A stretch of 53,083 nt of DNA from sequence record SRR31156797_511, one strand, 5' to 3'. Positions 44,417 through 53,083 of the stretch are shown piece after piece. Within the stretch, counting starts at the first letter, position 1, and each line of letters starts with the position of its first letter. Made by a program: the position numbers and the translations under genes. The notes below the pieces were generated by a model. That model did not search any database. It saw only the letters and a list, made by a program, of their open reading frames with translations, and had not been told where the DNA came from.

Positions 44417-45085
44417 ATGGACGGCATCAAAAAGCTAACTTACAGCGAACAAGTTGCTGAATATATTAAGCAATCTATCCTCGAGGGCGAATTATCCCCC
44501 GGCGATCAGGTCAAAGAAGTGCTGCTGGCAGAGAAGCTGGGAATCAGTCGCGCTCCTATCCGTGAAGCCTTGCAGATTCTGGCCCGGGAAGGGCTAATCA
44601 AGTCCGAACCACAAAAAGGTAAGCACGTCTCAGCGCTTACAGCCAAACAGATCATGGACAGCTATTTCACCGGGGGAGTACTCGAAGCCGCTGCAGTAAC
44701 TCAGGCCCTGCCCCTCTACACCAAAGAAGATATTTCCAATCTCGAGCAAATCGTGGAGCAAATGCGCGAGGTAGCAGAATCAGGCGAGGATCATGAATCC
44801 TTGACCAAGCTGGACACAACCTTCCACAACATCCTCTTTTCCCGCATAGACAATGACCTCCTCATAGAGCTCTGCCGCCGTTCCTGTCAGGGTATTTCCA
44901 AATTTCTGCTCTATAAGTACTGGATCAACCTCTACACCCCGAAGCAGGTTCACGAACGCCATCTTGTTATTCTGGAAGCTCTCAAATCAGGTCGTCCTTC
45001 CAGACTGGAAAAGACCATCCGCAAGCACTACACCGATTCCGGCAAGCGCATGTCCAAGTATGGAGTGGATGTTCATAAGGGATAA
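44417..45085 (+). CDS. GntR/FadR-family transcriptional regulator
   Basis: GELSPG, LAEKLGISRAPIREAL..L..EGL HTH; FCD D..FH and H..I motifs; GGAG RBS before ATG 44417. Confidence 0.92.
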   Translation: MDGIKKLTYSEQVAEYIKQSILEGELSPGDQVKEVLLAEKLGISRAPIREALQILAREGLIKSEPQKGKHVSALTAKQIMDSYFTGGVLEAAAVTQALPLYTKEDISNLEQIVEQMREVAESGEDHESLTKLDTTFHNILFSRIDNDLLIELCRRSCQGISKFLLYKYWINLYTPKQVHERHLVILEALKSGRPSRLEKTIRKHYTDSGKRMSKYGVDVHKG

Positions 45086-45118
45086 ATTTATTTAGTTGAT
45101 TGAAGTTTTTGAGAATTG

Positions 45119-45154
45119 AAAAGGGTTAGCTCCGATTGGAGCTAACCCTTTTTT
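45119..45154 (+). terminator. Terminator
   Basis: AAAAGGGTTAGCTCC-GATT-GGAGCTAACCCTTTTTT. Confidence 0.85.
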
Positions 45155-45337
45155 ATTCTTATTCAGCGTGTTTGCGCCAAATTACAGCCCTGTAATTTTC
45201 CAGCAATCTACAAGCAAGCTCTCTCCCCCAATATCAGAACCAACCAGAGGATTCATTCTGGTATGGATTTGCACTTTCTATAATTCAATCGACAACGGCA
45301 TTAACCCCACAAACGCATAAACCATGGCAGTTACATC

Positions 45338-45781
45338 ATGAAGAAAAAAAGTATCATAATCGTTGTTTCGTTAGTAGCATTGTGTCTCGGGATTGGGCAT
45401 GTAATGAGCTCCCCCAAAGATAATCCTTCAAAAGACATCATCACACCCTATAACTCAACCAAGTTTCACGATGGGGTCTCCTTCTCACACCAAGAACATG
45501 CGGAAGAAGGGATCGACTGTTTTACTTGTCATCACACCGATCAGAACAAAGAAGAAATACAAGCTTGTCGCACCTGTCATAACGATACAAGCGAACAAGC
45601 CATCAATGATCCGGAAGGATACTTTCAAGCATGGCACAGCAAAACTTCAAAACAATCCTGCGTCGGTTGCCATCAAACCGTTAAAGACGATGTAGCACCC
45701 AAAACGTGTAAATCCTGCCACCTTGGACATGAACGAGAAAGACGACACTCACGACACGATGATCGGGAAAAAAGGTCCTAA
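45338..45781 (+). CDS. Tetrahaem class III cytochrome c3
   Basis: Signal/anchor, FSH..H, four CxxCH motifs (CFTCHH, CRTCH, CVGCH, CKSCH). Confidence 0.88.
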   Translation: MKKKSIIIVVSLVALCLGIGHVMSSPKDNPSKDIITPYNSTKFHDGVSFSHQEHAEEGIDCFTCHHTDQNKEEIQACRTCHNDTSEQAINDPEGYFQAWHSKTSKQSCVGCHQTVKDDVAPKTCKSCHLGHERERRHSRHDDREKRS

Positions 45782-45843
45782 AGACCCGCCAGCTACTTAA
45801 AATAAACTCGAAAAAAATACTTACCGTCAAATAGGAGAACGCC

Positions 45844-46653
45844 ATGAAAAGCATCATTGAGGCACACTTAAAGCCAAAGCTCCATCCTGTTGCATTGCTC
45901 CGGTCAGACGTACGTCCAGACGAAGCCCTGCAACCAAAAGAAGGAAAATACGTATGTATTATGACCATGTTCGCGCAAGTCACCGCACATGGTAAAACAG
46001 CAGTGTTTGATCGCAATACATACGGTTGCCCCGGAGCTTCGGCAGGGCTGGGTTTCGGTTCTGCATATCCATCAGTAATGGGCGGCCTTGATACATTCGA
46101 AGCCTTTTTCTCAAAAGGCATTTACTCCGCCAAAGACCCAGAAGCATATCAGCAAATGATCGACAACGCTCCCAAGCACATGGTTAACAAACTTACGGTA
46201 GGCGAAAAATTCCACGCTACCCCGGAGAAAGCCCGCCGCTGGATGACCGAAGAACTTCCCTTGTACAATTTCAAAGAAAAGTACCGGATTTTAAAACCTC
46301 TTTCCGAAATTACTGAAGAGGAAACACCTGAATCAGTAATTTTCGTTGTTAACCCGCTCCAACTTTCAGCCCTCATTACTCTTGCCGGGTCAATCCGTGA
46401 TGGCCTTCTGGATATCATGGCCCCGCAGGGAGCTGCCTGCCAGATGATGGGAGCATATGTTTTTCAGCAGGCTGACTTCCCTCAGCCACGTCCAGTCCTC
46501 GGACTTACCGATCTTGCCGCCCGCAAACATGTACGCAAGACAGTCCCGCCGGAATATCTGACTTTGTCAATGCCTTGGAATCTCTTTCTGCAATATGAAA
46601 ATGCAGCAGAAGATGGAATATTCTCATCCCCGCTCTGGGAAGACATGCTGTAA
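45844..46653 (+). CDS. DUF169-like protein
   Basis: L....HPVA, conserved-looking Cys (VCI, GCPGA..GLG, AAC), NP.QLS.L, G.TD..ARK. Confidence 0.7.
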   Translation: MKSIIEAHLKPKLHPVALLRSDVRPDEALQPKEGKYVCIMTMFAQVTAHGKTAVFDRNTYGCPGASAGLGFGSAYPSVMGGLDTFEAFFSKGIYSAKDPEAYQQMIDNAPKHMVNKLTVGEKFHATPEKARRWMTEELPLYNFKEKYRILKPLSEITEEETPESVIFVVNPLQLSALITLAGSIRDGLLDIMAPQGAACQMMGAYVFQQADFPQPRPVLGLTDLAARKHVRKTVPPEYLTLSMPWNLFLQYENAAEDGIFSSPLWEDML

Positions 46654-46760
46654 AAGGGAACAGGAGGTACACATGGTGTAAAAAAGAGGAAAGGTTTTCA
46701 CAAACGGGTTAACCATTTTCTTTTGACTCATTCTGGCTTCCAAAGCCAATTTACTCCACT

Positions 46761-46795
46761 GAAGGGCTAGCGCCTCCACGCTAGCCCTTTATTAT
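46761..46795 (+). terminator. Terminator
   Basis: AAGGGCTAGCG-CCTCCA-CGCTAGCCCTT then TATTATT. Confidence 0.7.
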
Positions 46796-46912
46796 TCCCC
46801 CTGCCCCGCCCCTATATTAATGAAAAGACATATGCTATCGAGCACACGGATTTGAAATCGACCATAAATTCTGAAATGTGAGGTTCCGTTGTTCTCGTTG
46901 CCACCTATTGAA

Positions 46913-48313
46913 ATGATTGGAAATGAAACCGTTCTGCTGGGCAGTGCTTTTGCCGGACTTGTGCTTGGAATGACTGTCTCTGCTATTTTCGGCAAAAGAC
47001 GGCTTACAGAAGAAAAGGAAAATGCGACGGAACTCCAGGATCACCTTCAGGAGCAACTCCAGCTTGGAGCCAGACTAGAAGAACAGGCCGCACAATTGCC
47101 GGAACTTAAAAAGGAACTGGCGCAGCAGCGGGCGCAAAAGCATAAGCTGACCACTGCATACTCAAACCTGCACAGCAAATACAAAGTCGCCGAATCCAAC
47201 CTTGAGAATGAAAAGAAGCAAGGCCGTGAGAAATTGGCTATACTTGAAGAAGCCAAGGAAGAACTTTCCAATAGATTTAAGACTCTTGCCGGGGAAATAC
47301 TTGAAGAAAAATCCAAACGGTTCACCGACCAGAACGCCACAAACATCAAGCAGATTCTTGCTCCGCTGGGAGTGAAAATCCACGAATTTCAGGAACAGGT
47401 CGAAAAGGCATATCTGCAAGAAGGCAAAGACAGGTCAGAACTTGCAGCTCAGGTCAAACACCTGATGAATCTTAACCGCCAGCTTTCCGATGATGCCCTC
47501 AACCTGACCAAAGCCTTGAAAGGGCAATCCAAAACCCGTGGAGACTGGGGAGAACTGATCCTTGAACGGGTTCTTGAAGCATCAGGGTTACGTAAAGAAC
47601 ACGAATACACGGTGCAGGTCAGCCATACCCGTAAGGACGGCACCCGCGTCCAGCCGGACGTGGTCATCCATTTACCTGACGACAAACATCTGGTTGTCGA
47701 TTCCAAAGTTTCGCTAACCGATTACCTGAAATATACTGAGGCCGAAGGCGAAAACCAACGCGAGGTTGCCTTAAAAGGGCACATCAATTCCATCAAAGCT
47801 CACCTCAAGGGTCTGTCGGCAAAAAATTATCAGGATTTGTATGGAATCAAATCGCCTGACTTCGTGATTATGTTCGTTCCCATTGAGCCGGCCTTTGCGC
47901 TGGCAATTTCCAACGACGTTGCACTCTGGCAGGAAGCTTGGAATATGAACGTACTCATTGTCAGCCCCAGCACCCTGCTTTTTGTAATCAGGACAGTTGC
48001 CCACCTCTGGCGGCAGGAACGGCAGAGCCAGAATGCGCAGGAAATCGCCAACCGGGGGGCAATCCTCTACGATAAATTCAAAAATTTCGTAGATGATCTT
48101 GAAAGGGTGGGGGAAAAAATCCGCCAGACTCAGGAATCATACGAGAAAGCCCGCGTCAAACTTTGCAATGGTTCCGGAAACCTCATCCGACAGGCTGAGA
48201 TGCTGAAGGAATTGGGTGTAAAACCCAAACGTTCTATAAAGAAAGAGTTGTCCGAAGAAGCCTTAGGCGGAGAAGAATTTCAAATGCTAGGTGAAGGAGA
48301 AAAGGACGGCTAG
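46913..48313 (+). CDS. rmuC: DNA recombination protein RmuC
   Basis: TM plus coiled coil, K.RG.WGE..LE..LE.SGL, PDV...LP, VDSK, DFV.MFVP.E and VSPSTL; start uncertain. Confidence 0.9.
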   Translation: MIGNETVLLGSAFAGLVLGMTVSAIFGKRRLTEEKENATELQDHLQEQLQLGARLEEQAAQLPELKKELAQQRAQKHKLTTAYSNLHSKYKVAESNLENEKKQGREKLAILEEAKEELSNRFKTLAGEILEEKSKRFTDQNATNIKQILAPLGVKIHEFQEQVEKAYLQEGKDRSELAAQVKHLMNLNRQLSDDALNLTKALKGQSKTRGDWGELILERVLEASGLRKEHEYTVQVSHTRKDGTRVQPDVVIHLPDDKHLVVDSKVSLTDYLKYTEAEGENQREVALKGHINSIKAHLKGLSAKNYQDLYGIKSPDFVIMFVPIEPAFALAISNDVALWQEAWNMNVLIVSPSTLLFVIRTVAHLWRQERQSQNAQEIANRGAILYDKFKNFVDDLERVGEKIRQTQESYEKARVKLCNGSGNLIRQAEMLKELGVKPKRSIKKELSEEALGGEEFQMLGEGEKDG

Positions 48314-48473
48314 GAGGGCAGCCGCCCTTTCCATGGGGCATTTTCATCAAGGGGAGTGATGACGTGATTATTTTCTGCTTCTGGCTATGTTATGCAAATT
48401 TACAGAAAACATAGCGAGGGTAAAAATTATGAATTTCACCCTACCCTTCCCATCAAACAATCCGACCCACTAA

Positions 48474-48510
48474 GAAAGGGCCTGAAGCATAAAACTTCAG
48501 GCCCTTTTTC
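48474..48510. terminator. Bidirectional terminator
   Basis: AAAGGGCCTGAAG-CATAAAA-CTTCAGGCCCTTT. Confidence 0.85.
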
Positions 48511-48556
48511 TGTATAAATTTACAAGTGCTTATGCGTGCAAAAGATTAGGTACCCC

Positions 48557-48880
48557 TCAGTCTTTTTTCAAACAGATGAGCAGCAGGTACAAAAGTCCAA
48601 TTACCGGAATTAATGCTACCAAAACCAGCTTAGGATTACGCCCCAAGGCATTCAACCTGCGCACGAAAAGCGCAATACAAGACAGTAAAGTCCCGACCAC
48701 AAAAAGACCACTCACAGTATTGATCACTTTATGCGCAAAAGCATGCTCAATGGCAAAGCCTAAAAAGAAAAGCGCACCAATAATACCGCAATGAATAAGG
48801 AGAAAATGTACGAACTCCCTACGACTAGCTTTTCCACTAAAATCATTAAATTTTTTGAGTATTTCAATATAATATTTCAT
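48557..48880 (-). CDS. DUF805-family membrane protein
   Basis: MKYY...LKK..DFSGKASRREF, A..VRRL, LIPVIG motifs; start ATG 48880. Confidence 0.8.
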   Translation of the reverse strand: MKYYIEILKKFNDFSGKASRREFVHFLLIHCGIIGALFFLGFAIEHAFAHKVINTVSGLFVVGTLLSCIALFVRRLNALGRNPKLVLVALIPVIGLLYLLLICLKKD

Positions 48881-49088
48881 TTTAATTTCAATCGCTCCCC
48901 GGCATATTGGCCGTTTTTCTCCGCTGCTTTTTCGGGGCAAATTCGTTTTGTGTCAAGGATTTTCAAATTTCAGTCAGCAAAACACCCGGCAAATTTACTC
49001 AATTTATAAGTCACTAAACTTCAATTATTTATACAATTTCAGACCTGAAAGTTAGGAATTAGCTACCTCAACTTTTTGAAAACACCCC

Positions 49089-49162
49089 TTGACGGAAGGT
49101 AGATTAATAACATACCTATCGAGCAGGTATAAAAACCTATCTGTTGAGGAGGTATTAATACC
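49089..49162 (+). promoter_or_regulatory. hmc promoter region with repeated ATACC/GGTAT half-sites
   Basis: TTGACG at 49089; ATACCT-N7-AGGTAT at 49112-49130; GGTATTAATACC at 49151-49162. Confidence 0.5.
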
Positions 49163-49333
49163 AACCCGATGGATGGGAAATGAGGCGCACCGGAACGTTT
49201 AGAAAAATTATTCTGCAAAACGGCTTTCCGCGGAGGAATAAAAGCTGTGAATAATTATAAAAAACCGACCGGAGCAACAAAGGTCTGAAGTAAGAGGCTT
49301 CATGACCAATTGCATTGAGAGGGGATCCATATC

Positions 49334-50971
49334 ATGGCAAACGGAAAGAAACTATTGCGATTGTCCGGTATCCTGATCGTCCTGGCCGGGGTGCTCGGCT
49401 TCCATATGGAAGCATTGAGCATGGTCGGAACCCCGCAGGAAAACGGCAACAAGCGTCCTGATCTTATCATGATCGACACTATTGCCGCTCAGGAAGAACT
49501 GGAACTGCCTGCTGTTGTGTTTCTCCATGAAACACACGCCAAGGCGGTGGCCGAGCAAGGCAAAGACTGTACTGCCTGCCACCAGAAAAACGAGGAAACC
49601 GTATCCTACAAGTTCAAAAGACTTGAGAACGGTAATCCTGAACAGCTCAAAGAAATTTACCACAACGGTTGTATCAGCTGTCATGCTGCCGACGCCAAGG
49701 CCGGAAAGAAAACCGGACCTCAAGTTGGTGAATGTCGCAGCTGTCACGTTGCTGACCCTGAAATCAAGGCTGAGCGCGCTCCCGCTGGCATGGAGAACAT
49801 TCTCCACTACCGCCACTGGGATTCCAAGCTCATCGCTAAAGATAAAGGTCAGGACACCAACTGTGGAGCCTGTCACCACGTATACAACAGTCTTGATAAA
49901 AAGCTTGAATACGTAAAAGGACAGGAAGAAAATTGCGGCGTATGTCATACCGCCAAGCCCACCGGCAATGTAAAGCTCAACACTTCTGAAGCTTTCCACG
50001 GCCAGTGTGTATCCTGTCACCTTGAGATGAAAGCTGCCAAGGCTGAAAAGACCGGTCCTGTCGACTGTGCCGGTTGTCACGGCCTGAATCAGGTTGCGGA
50101 CATCAAGGAAGACAACGCTGCTGTTCTGCAGAAAATGGGCGGCAAACTTCCTCGCCTGCCCAGAAACCAGCCTGACGCTGTTCTGATCACCGCTCCGGTG
50201 CAGGATAACGTTGCAGTGAAAGCCACTATGGCTGCTGTAGCTTTTAACCATGAAGCTCACGAAGGTTACACTGATTCCTGTAGCTCCTGTCACCACGAAA
50301 CCATGAACAAGTCATGCTCCTCATGTCACACCGTTCGTGGTTCCAAGGATGGCGGTTTCGTTACTCTCGACAAGGCCATGCACAAGGCCGACAGCACCAG
50401 ATCCTGTGTGGGCTGTCATGCCGTTAAGCAGAAAGACCCAAAATGTGCAGGTTGTCATGAACTCATGCCCAAGAATGTAATCCAGTCCAAGGAAACTTGT
50501 GCCGTTTGCCATAACGGCCCCGCTTCCACCTCCAGCGAGCCCGTCAAGATGGAAGCCTCCGCCAAGGCTGCCATCGCTTCTTCGCTGATCCTGGAGCGTC
50601 CTACCTCCCCGGTACTGGTTGCAGAAAAGGACATCCCCGAATTCGTGACCATCAACGTCCTCGAAAATGAATACAAGGCCAGCAAGCTGCCCCATCGTAA
50701 GATCATCATGAGCATGGTTGACAAGATGAAGGGTGACAACATGGCCAATGCTTTCCACAGCACCCCCCTTAGTGTGTGCGGAAGCTGCCACCACAACAGT
50801 CCAGCAAGCGCGACTCCGCCGAGCTGCGCAAGCTGTCACGGCGGTAATGTTCAGGACGGACGTCCGGCCCTCAAGGCTGCTTACCATGTTCAGTGTATGA
50901 CCTGTCATGATGCCATGAACATTGAGAAGCCTGCTTCAACTGACTGCACCGCATGTCACGCGAAGAAATAG
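49334..50971 (+). CDS. hmcA: High-molecular-mass 16-haem cytochrome c
   Basis: 16 CxxCH motifs counted; signal peptide; followed by hmcB and hmcC. Confidence 0.93.
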   Translation: MANGKKLLRLSGILIVLAGVLGFHMEALSMVGTPQENGNKRPDLIMIDTIAAQEELELPAVVFLHETHAKAVAEQGKDCTACHQKNEETVSYKFKRLENGNPEQLKEIYHNGCISCHAADAKAGKKTGPQVGECRSCHVADPEIKAERAPAGMENILHYRHWDSKLIAKDKGQDTNCGACHHVYNSLDKKLEYVKGQEENCGVCHTAKPTGNVKLNTSEAFHGQCVSCHLEMKAAKAEKTGPVDCAGCHGLNQVADIKEDNAAVLQKMGGKLPRLPRNQPDAVLITAPVQDNVAVKATMAAVAFNHEAHEGYTDSCSSCHHETMNKSCSSCHTVRGSKDGGFVTLDKAMHKADSTRSCVGCHAVKQKDPKCAGCHELMPKNVIQSKETCAVCHNGPASTSSEPVKMEASAKAAIASSLILERPTSPVLVAEKDIPEFVTINVLENEYKASKLPHRKIIMSMVDKMKGDNMANAFHSTPLSVCGSCHHNSPASATPPSCASCHGGNVQDGRPALKAAYHVQCMTCHDAMNIEKPASTDCTACHAKK

Positions 50972-51000
50972 TAACGGATAGCCTGAAGGAGAACAGATAA

Positions 51001-52062
51001 ATGCAACGCAGAACATTCCTCGGAATGCTTGGCGCAGCCTGCGTGGGAGCAAGCCTCCCCGCAGGAGCCGAGGCCGCAGGCAAAGAGTTCAAGGGTTATC
51101 CCGGAAGTAAGGGTGTACTCTTCGACGCGACCCGCTGTATCGGCTGCCGCAAATGTGAAGCGGCCTGTAACAAGGTCAACAAGCTTCCCGAGCCCGAGAA
51201 AAAATTCGACGACCTGTCCGTGCTGGATAGCAAACGCAGAACCGACGCCAAGACCCTTACCGTGGTCAACAAGTACGGCGGACCCAAGAACCCCGTGTTC
51301 CGCAAGTCCCAGTGCAACCACTGTCTTGAGCCCGCCTGCGCATCCGCATGCTTTGTTAAAGCATTCAAGAAACTGCCCAACGGCGCAGTTGTTTACGATG
51401 AGTCGGTTTGTGTTGGTTGCCGCTACTGCATGGTAGCGTGCCCCTTTGAAATCCCGACTTACGAATATGATGAGCCGCTGACTCCCAGAGTCATGAAGTG
51501 CACCATGTGCGCCCCCCGTCTGGCCGAAGGCAAACTGCCCGGCTGCGTGGAGGACTGCCCCAAGGAAGCACTTATTTTCGGTGAAAGAGACGAACTGATC
51601 AAGATCGCCCGCGAGCGCATCCGCCGCAATTCCGACCGTTACGTCAACCACATCTATGGTGAAGACGAAATGGGTGGAACCAGCTGGCTGTACCTCTCCG
51701 GTGTGCCCTTTAAAGAAATCGGCATGCGTGAAGACCTCGGCACCAAATCTGCACCTGAACTCACCGCCGGTGCGCTGGCAGCAGTTCCCATGGTTGCGGG
51801 TCTCTGGCCTGTGCTTCTCGGCGGCATCTACGCAGTAAGCAAACGCAACAGCAAAGTTGCAGATGAAGAACGCAAAGAAGCTGTTGAAAATGCCATTGCC
51901 AAGGCAAGCGCGGAAGCAGAAAAGACCCTCTCCGAAGCTCTTGAAAAGGCCGATGTTGCCAACAAGCGCCAGATCGAAGTTGAGGTCAAGAAAGCCGTGG
52001 AAGAAGCCCTGAAGCCCGCAGAGGAAGAAGAGGCTGAAAACAGCGAGAAGGAGGAATCATAA
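51001..52062 (+). CDS. hmcB: Hmc complex iron-sulfur subunit
   Basis: Tat signal [40 protein letters not shown]-terminal TM. Confidence 0.93.
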   Translation: MQRRTFLGMLGAACVGASLPAGAEAAGKEFKGYPGSKGVLFDATRCIGCRKCEAACNKVNKLPEPEKKFDDLSVLDSKRRTDAKTLTVVNKYGGPKNPVFRKSQCNHCLEPACASACFVKAFKKLPNGAVVYDESVCVGCRYCMVACPFEIPTYEYDEPLTPRVMKCTMCAPRLAEGKLPGCVEDCPKEALIFGERDELIKIARERIRRNSDRYVNHIYGEDEMGGTSWLYLSGVPFKEIGMREDLGTKSAPELTAGALAAVPMVAGLWPVLLGGIYAVSKRNSKVADEERKEAVENAIAKASAEAEKTLSEALEKADVANKRQIEVEVKKAVEEALKPAEEEEAENSEKEES

Positions 52063-53083
52063 ATGTCCACTCCCGCGAACAACGGCCCTAAATCGGCCTT
52101 CAATACCTTCAATCTGGTGGCAGGTGCTATCCTCCTCGTAGGTCTGGTACTCACCGTACTCAGATTCACTCAGGGGATCGGTCCCGTGACCAACCTTGAT
52201 GACAACAACCCGTGGGGAATATGGATCGGATTCGACCTGCTCTGCGGTGTTGCTCTTGCAGCTGGCGGATATACAACTTCCGCAGCCTGCTATATCTTCG
52301 GACTCAAGCGTTTTCACTCCGCTGTACGTCCGGCAATCCTGACCGCCTTCCTCGGCTACGCGCTGGTTGTATTCGCATTGCAGTACGACCTCGGCCGTCC
52401 GTGGAGGCTCCCGTACCCCATCTTCGTTTCTCAGGGAACGACCTCCCTGCTCTTCGAAGTTGGTCTGTGCGTTATGCTCTACCTGACTGTGCTCTTCGTT
52501 GAGTTCACTCCGGCCATGTTCGAATGGCTGGGTTGGAAGAAAATCCGCAAAGTGGTCATGAAACTGACCCTCGTGCTGACCATCTTCGGCGTAGTGCTCT
52601 CCACCTTGCACCAGTCATCACTCGGCGCGCTGTACACCATCGCCCCGTCCAAGCTGCATCCGCTCTGGTATTCACCGTACATGCCGCTCTACTTCTTTGT
52701 TTCAAGTATTGCAGCAGGTATGTCCATGGTCATCTTCGAGGGCTCCATGTCCCACAAGAAGCTGCACCGCATGATGGACGAGGAATACCTCAAGCACCAC
52801 GACGGTGTTGTATTCGGTTTCGGTAAGGCCGCATCACTTGTTCTCTTCGGCTACTTCTTCATCAAAACAATGGGTGTAGCTTACGACAACAACTGGCACT
52901 ACCTCGCATCCGGTTACGGACTTGTGTTCCTGACTGAAATGCTCGGCTTCGTGGCCCTGCCCTGCTTCCTCTACGCTGTAGGTGTACGCGACAGAAACCT
53001 TAGCCTGATCAAAAAAGCATCGATCATTACCGTTCTCGGTATCGTGTTCAACAGGTTCAACGTTTCCATGATCGCGTTTAACT
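52063..53083 (+). CDS. hmcC: Hmc complex membrane subunit (NrfD-like), runs off the window end
   Basis: ATG 52063; translates to TNLDDNNPWG.WIGFD, DLGRPWR and LSTLHQSSLG motifs; no stop in window. Confidence 0.9.
   Translation, partial: MSTPANNGPKSAFNTFNLVAGAILLVGLVLTVLRFTQGIGPVTNLDDNNPWGIWIGFDLLCGVALAAGGYTTSAACYIFGLKRFHSAVRPAILTAFLGYALVVFALQYDLGRPWRLPYPIFVSQGTTSLLFEVGLCVMLYLTVLFVEFTPAMFEWLGWKKIRKVVMKLTLVLTIFGVVLSTLHQSSLGALYTIAPSKLHPLWYSPYMPLYFFVSSIAAGMSMVIFEGSMSHKKLHRMMDEEYLKHHDGVVFGFGKAASLVLFGYFFIKTMGVAYDNNWHYLASGYGLVFLTEMLGFVALPCFLYAVGVRDRNLSLIKKASIITVLGIVFNRFNVSMIAFN

Noticed and set aside
45259-45273. Sigma-54 promoter for cytochrome c3 (TGGTATGGATTTGCA)
   Set aside because: GG to GC spacing is 9 nt rather than the required 10.
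46654-46760. AGGAGG-ATG-GTG-TAA mini-ORF and small hairpin after the DUF169-like gene
   Set aside because: Two-codon ORF with no further support; could be a decayed gene start or chance.
1-53083. tRNA, rRNA, IS transposase or CRISPR array
   Set aside because: None recognised by eye; tRNAscan-SE, Infernal and ISEScan would be needed to exclude them formally.

Overview
Chromosomal window from a sulfate-reducing Desulfovibrionaceae bacterium, inferred from the hmcABC operon, a cytochrome c3 and the gene repertoire (likely a marine Maridesulfovibrio-type organism). Most of it is ordinary host content: RNase II-family nuclease, plsY, signalling genes, bioF/H/C, an acyl-CoA ligase, an MFS transporter, dgcN-dgcA-dat, a RidA/D-cysteine desulfhydrase-family/TRAP/GntR cluster, rmuC and hmc. 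The standout is 11474-23330 (minus strand): ten intact, collinear podophage (T7/BPP-1-like) virion genes. They encode a scaffold, major capsid, cement, tail adaptor, nozzle, gp13- and gp14-like proteins, a tail fibre and small accessory proteins. No portal, terminase, large ejection proteins, integrase, replication or lysis genes are recognisable in the window. A host-type histidine kinase splits head from tail genes and a diguanylate cyclase sits where the portal would be expected. A related GGACCTGAGT hairpin marks each of the three breakpoints. This pattern fits a domesticated, possibly genome-distributed phage-derived particle (gene-transfer-agent candidate) better than an ordinary prophage, but that is inference. 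Other observations: a duplicated 55-bp promoter driving two small ORFs (one absent from the ORF track), a glycosyltransferase broken by deletion and frameshift, and an uncharacterised His-rich enzyme in the TRAP cluster. All product calls come from motif recognition by eye; no searches were run.
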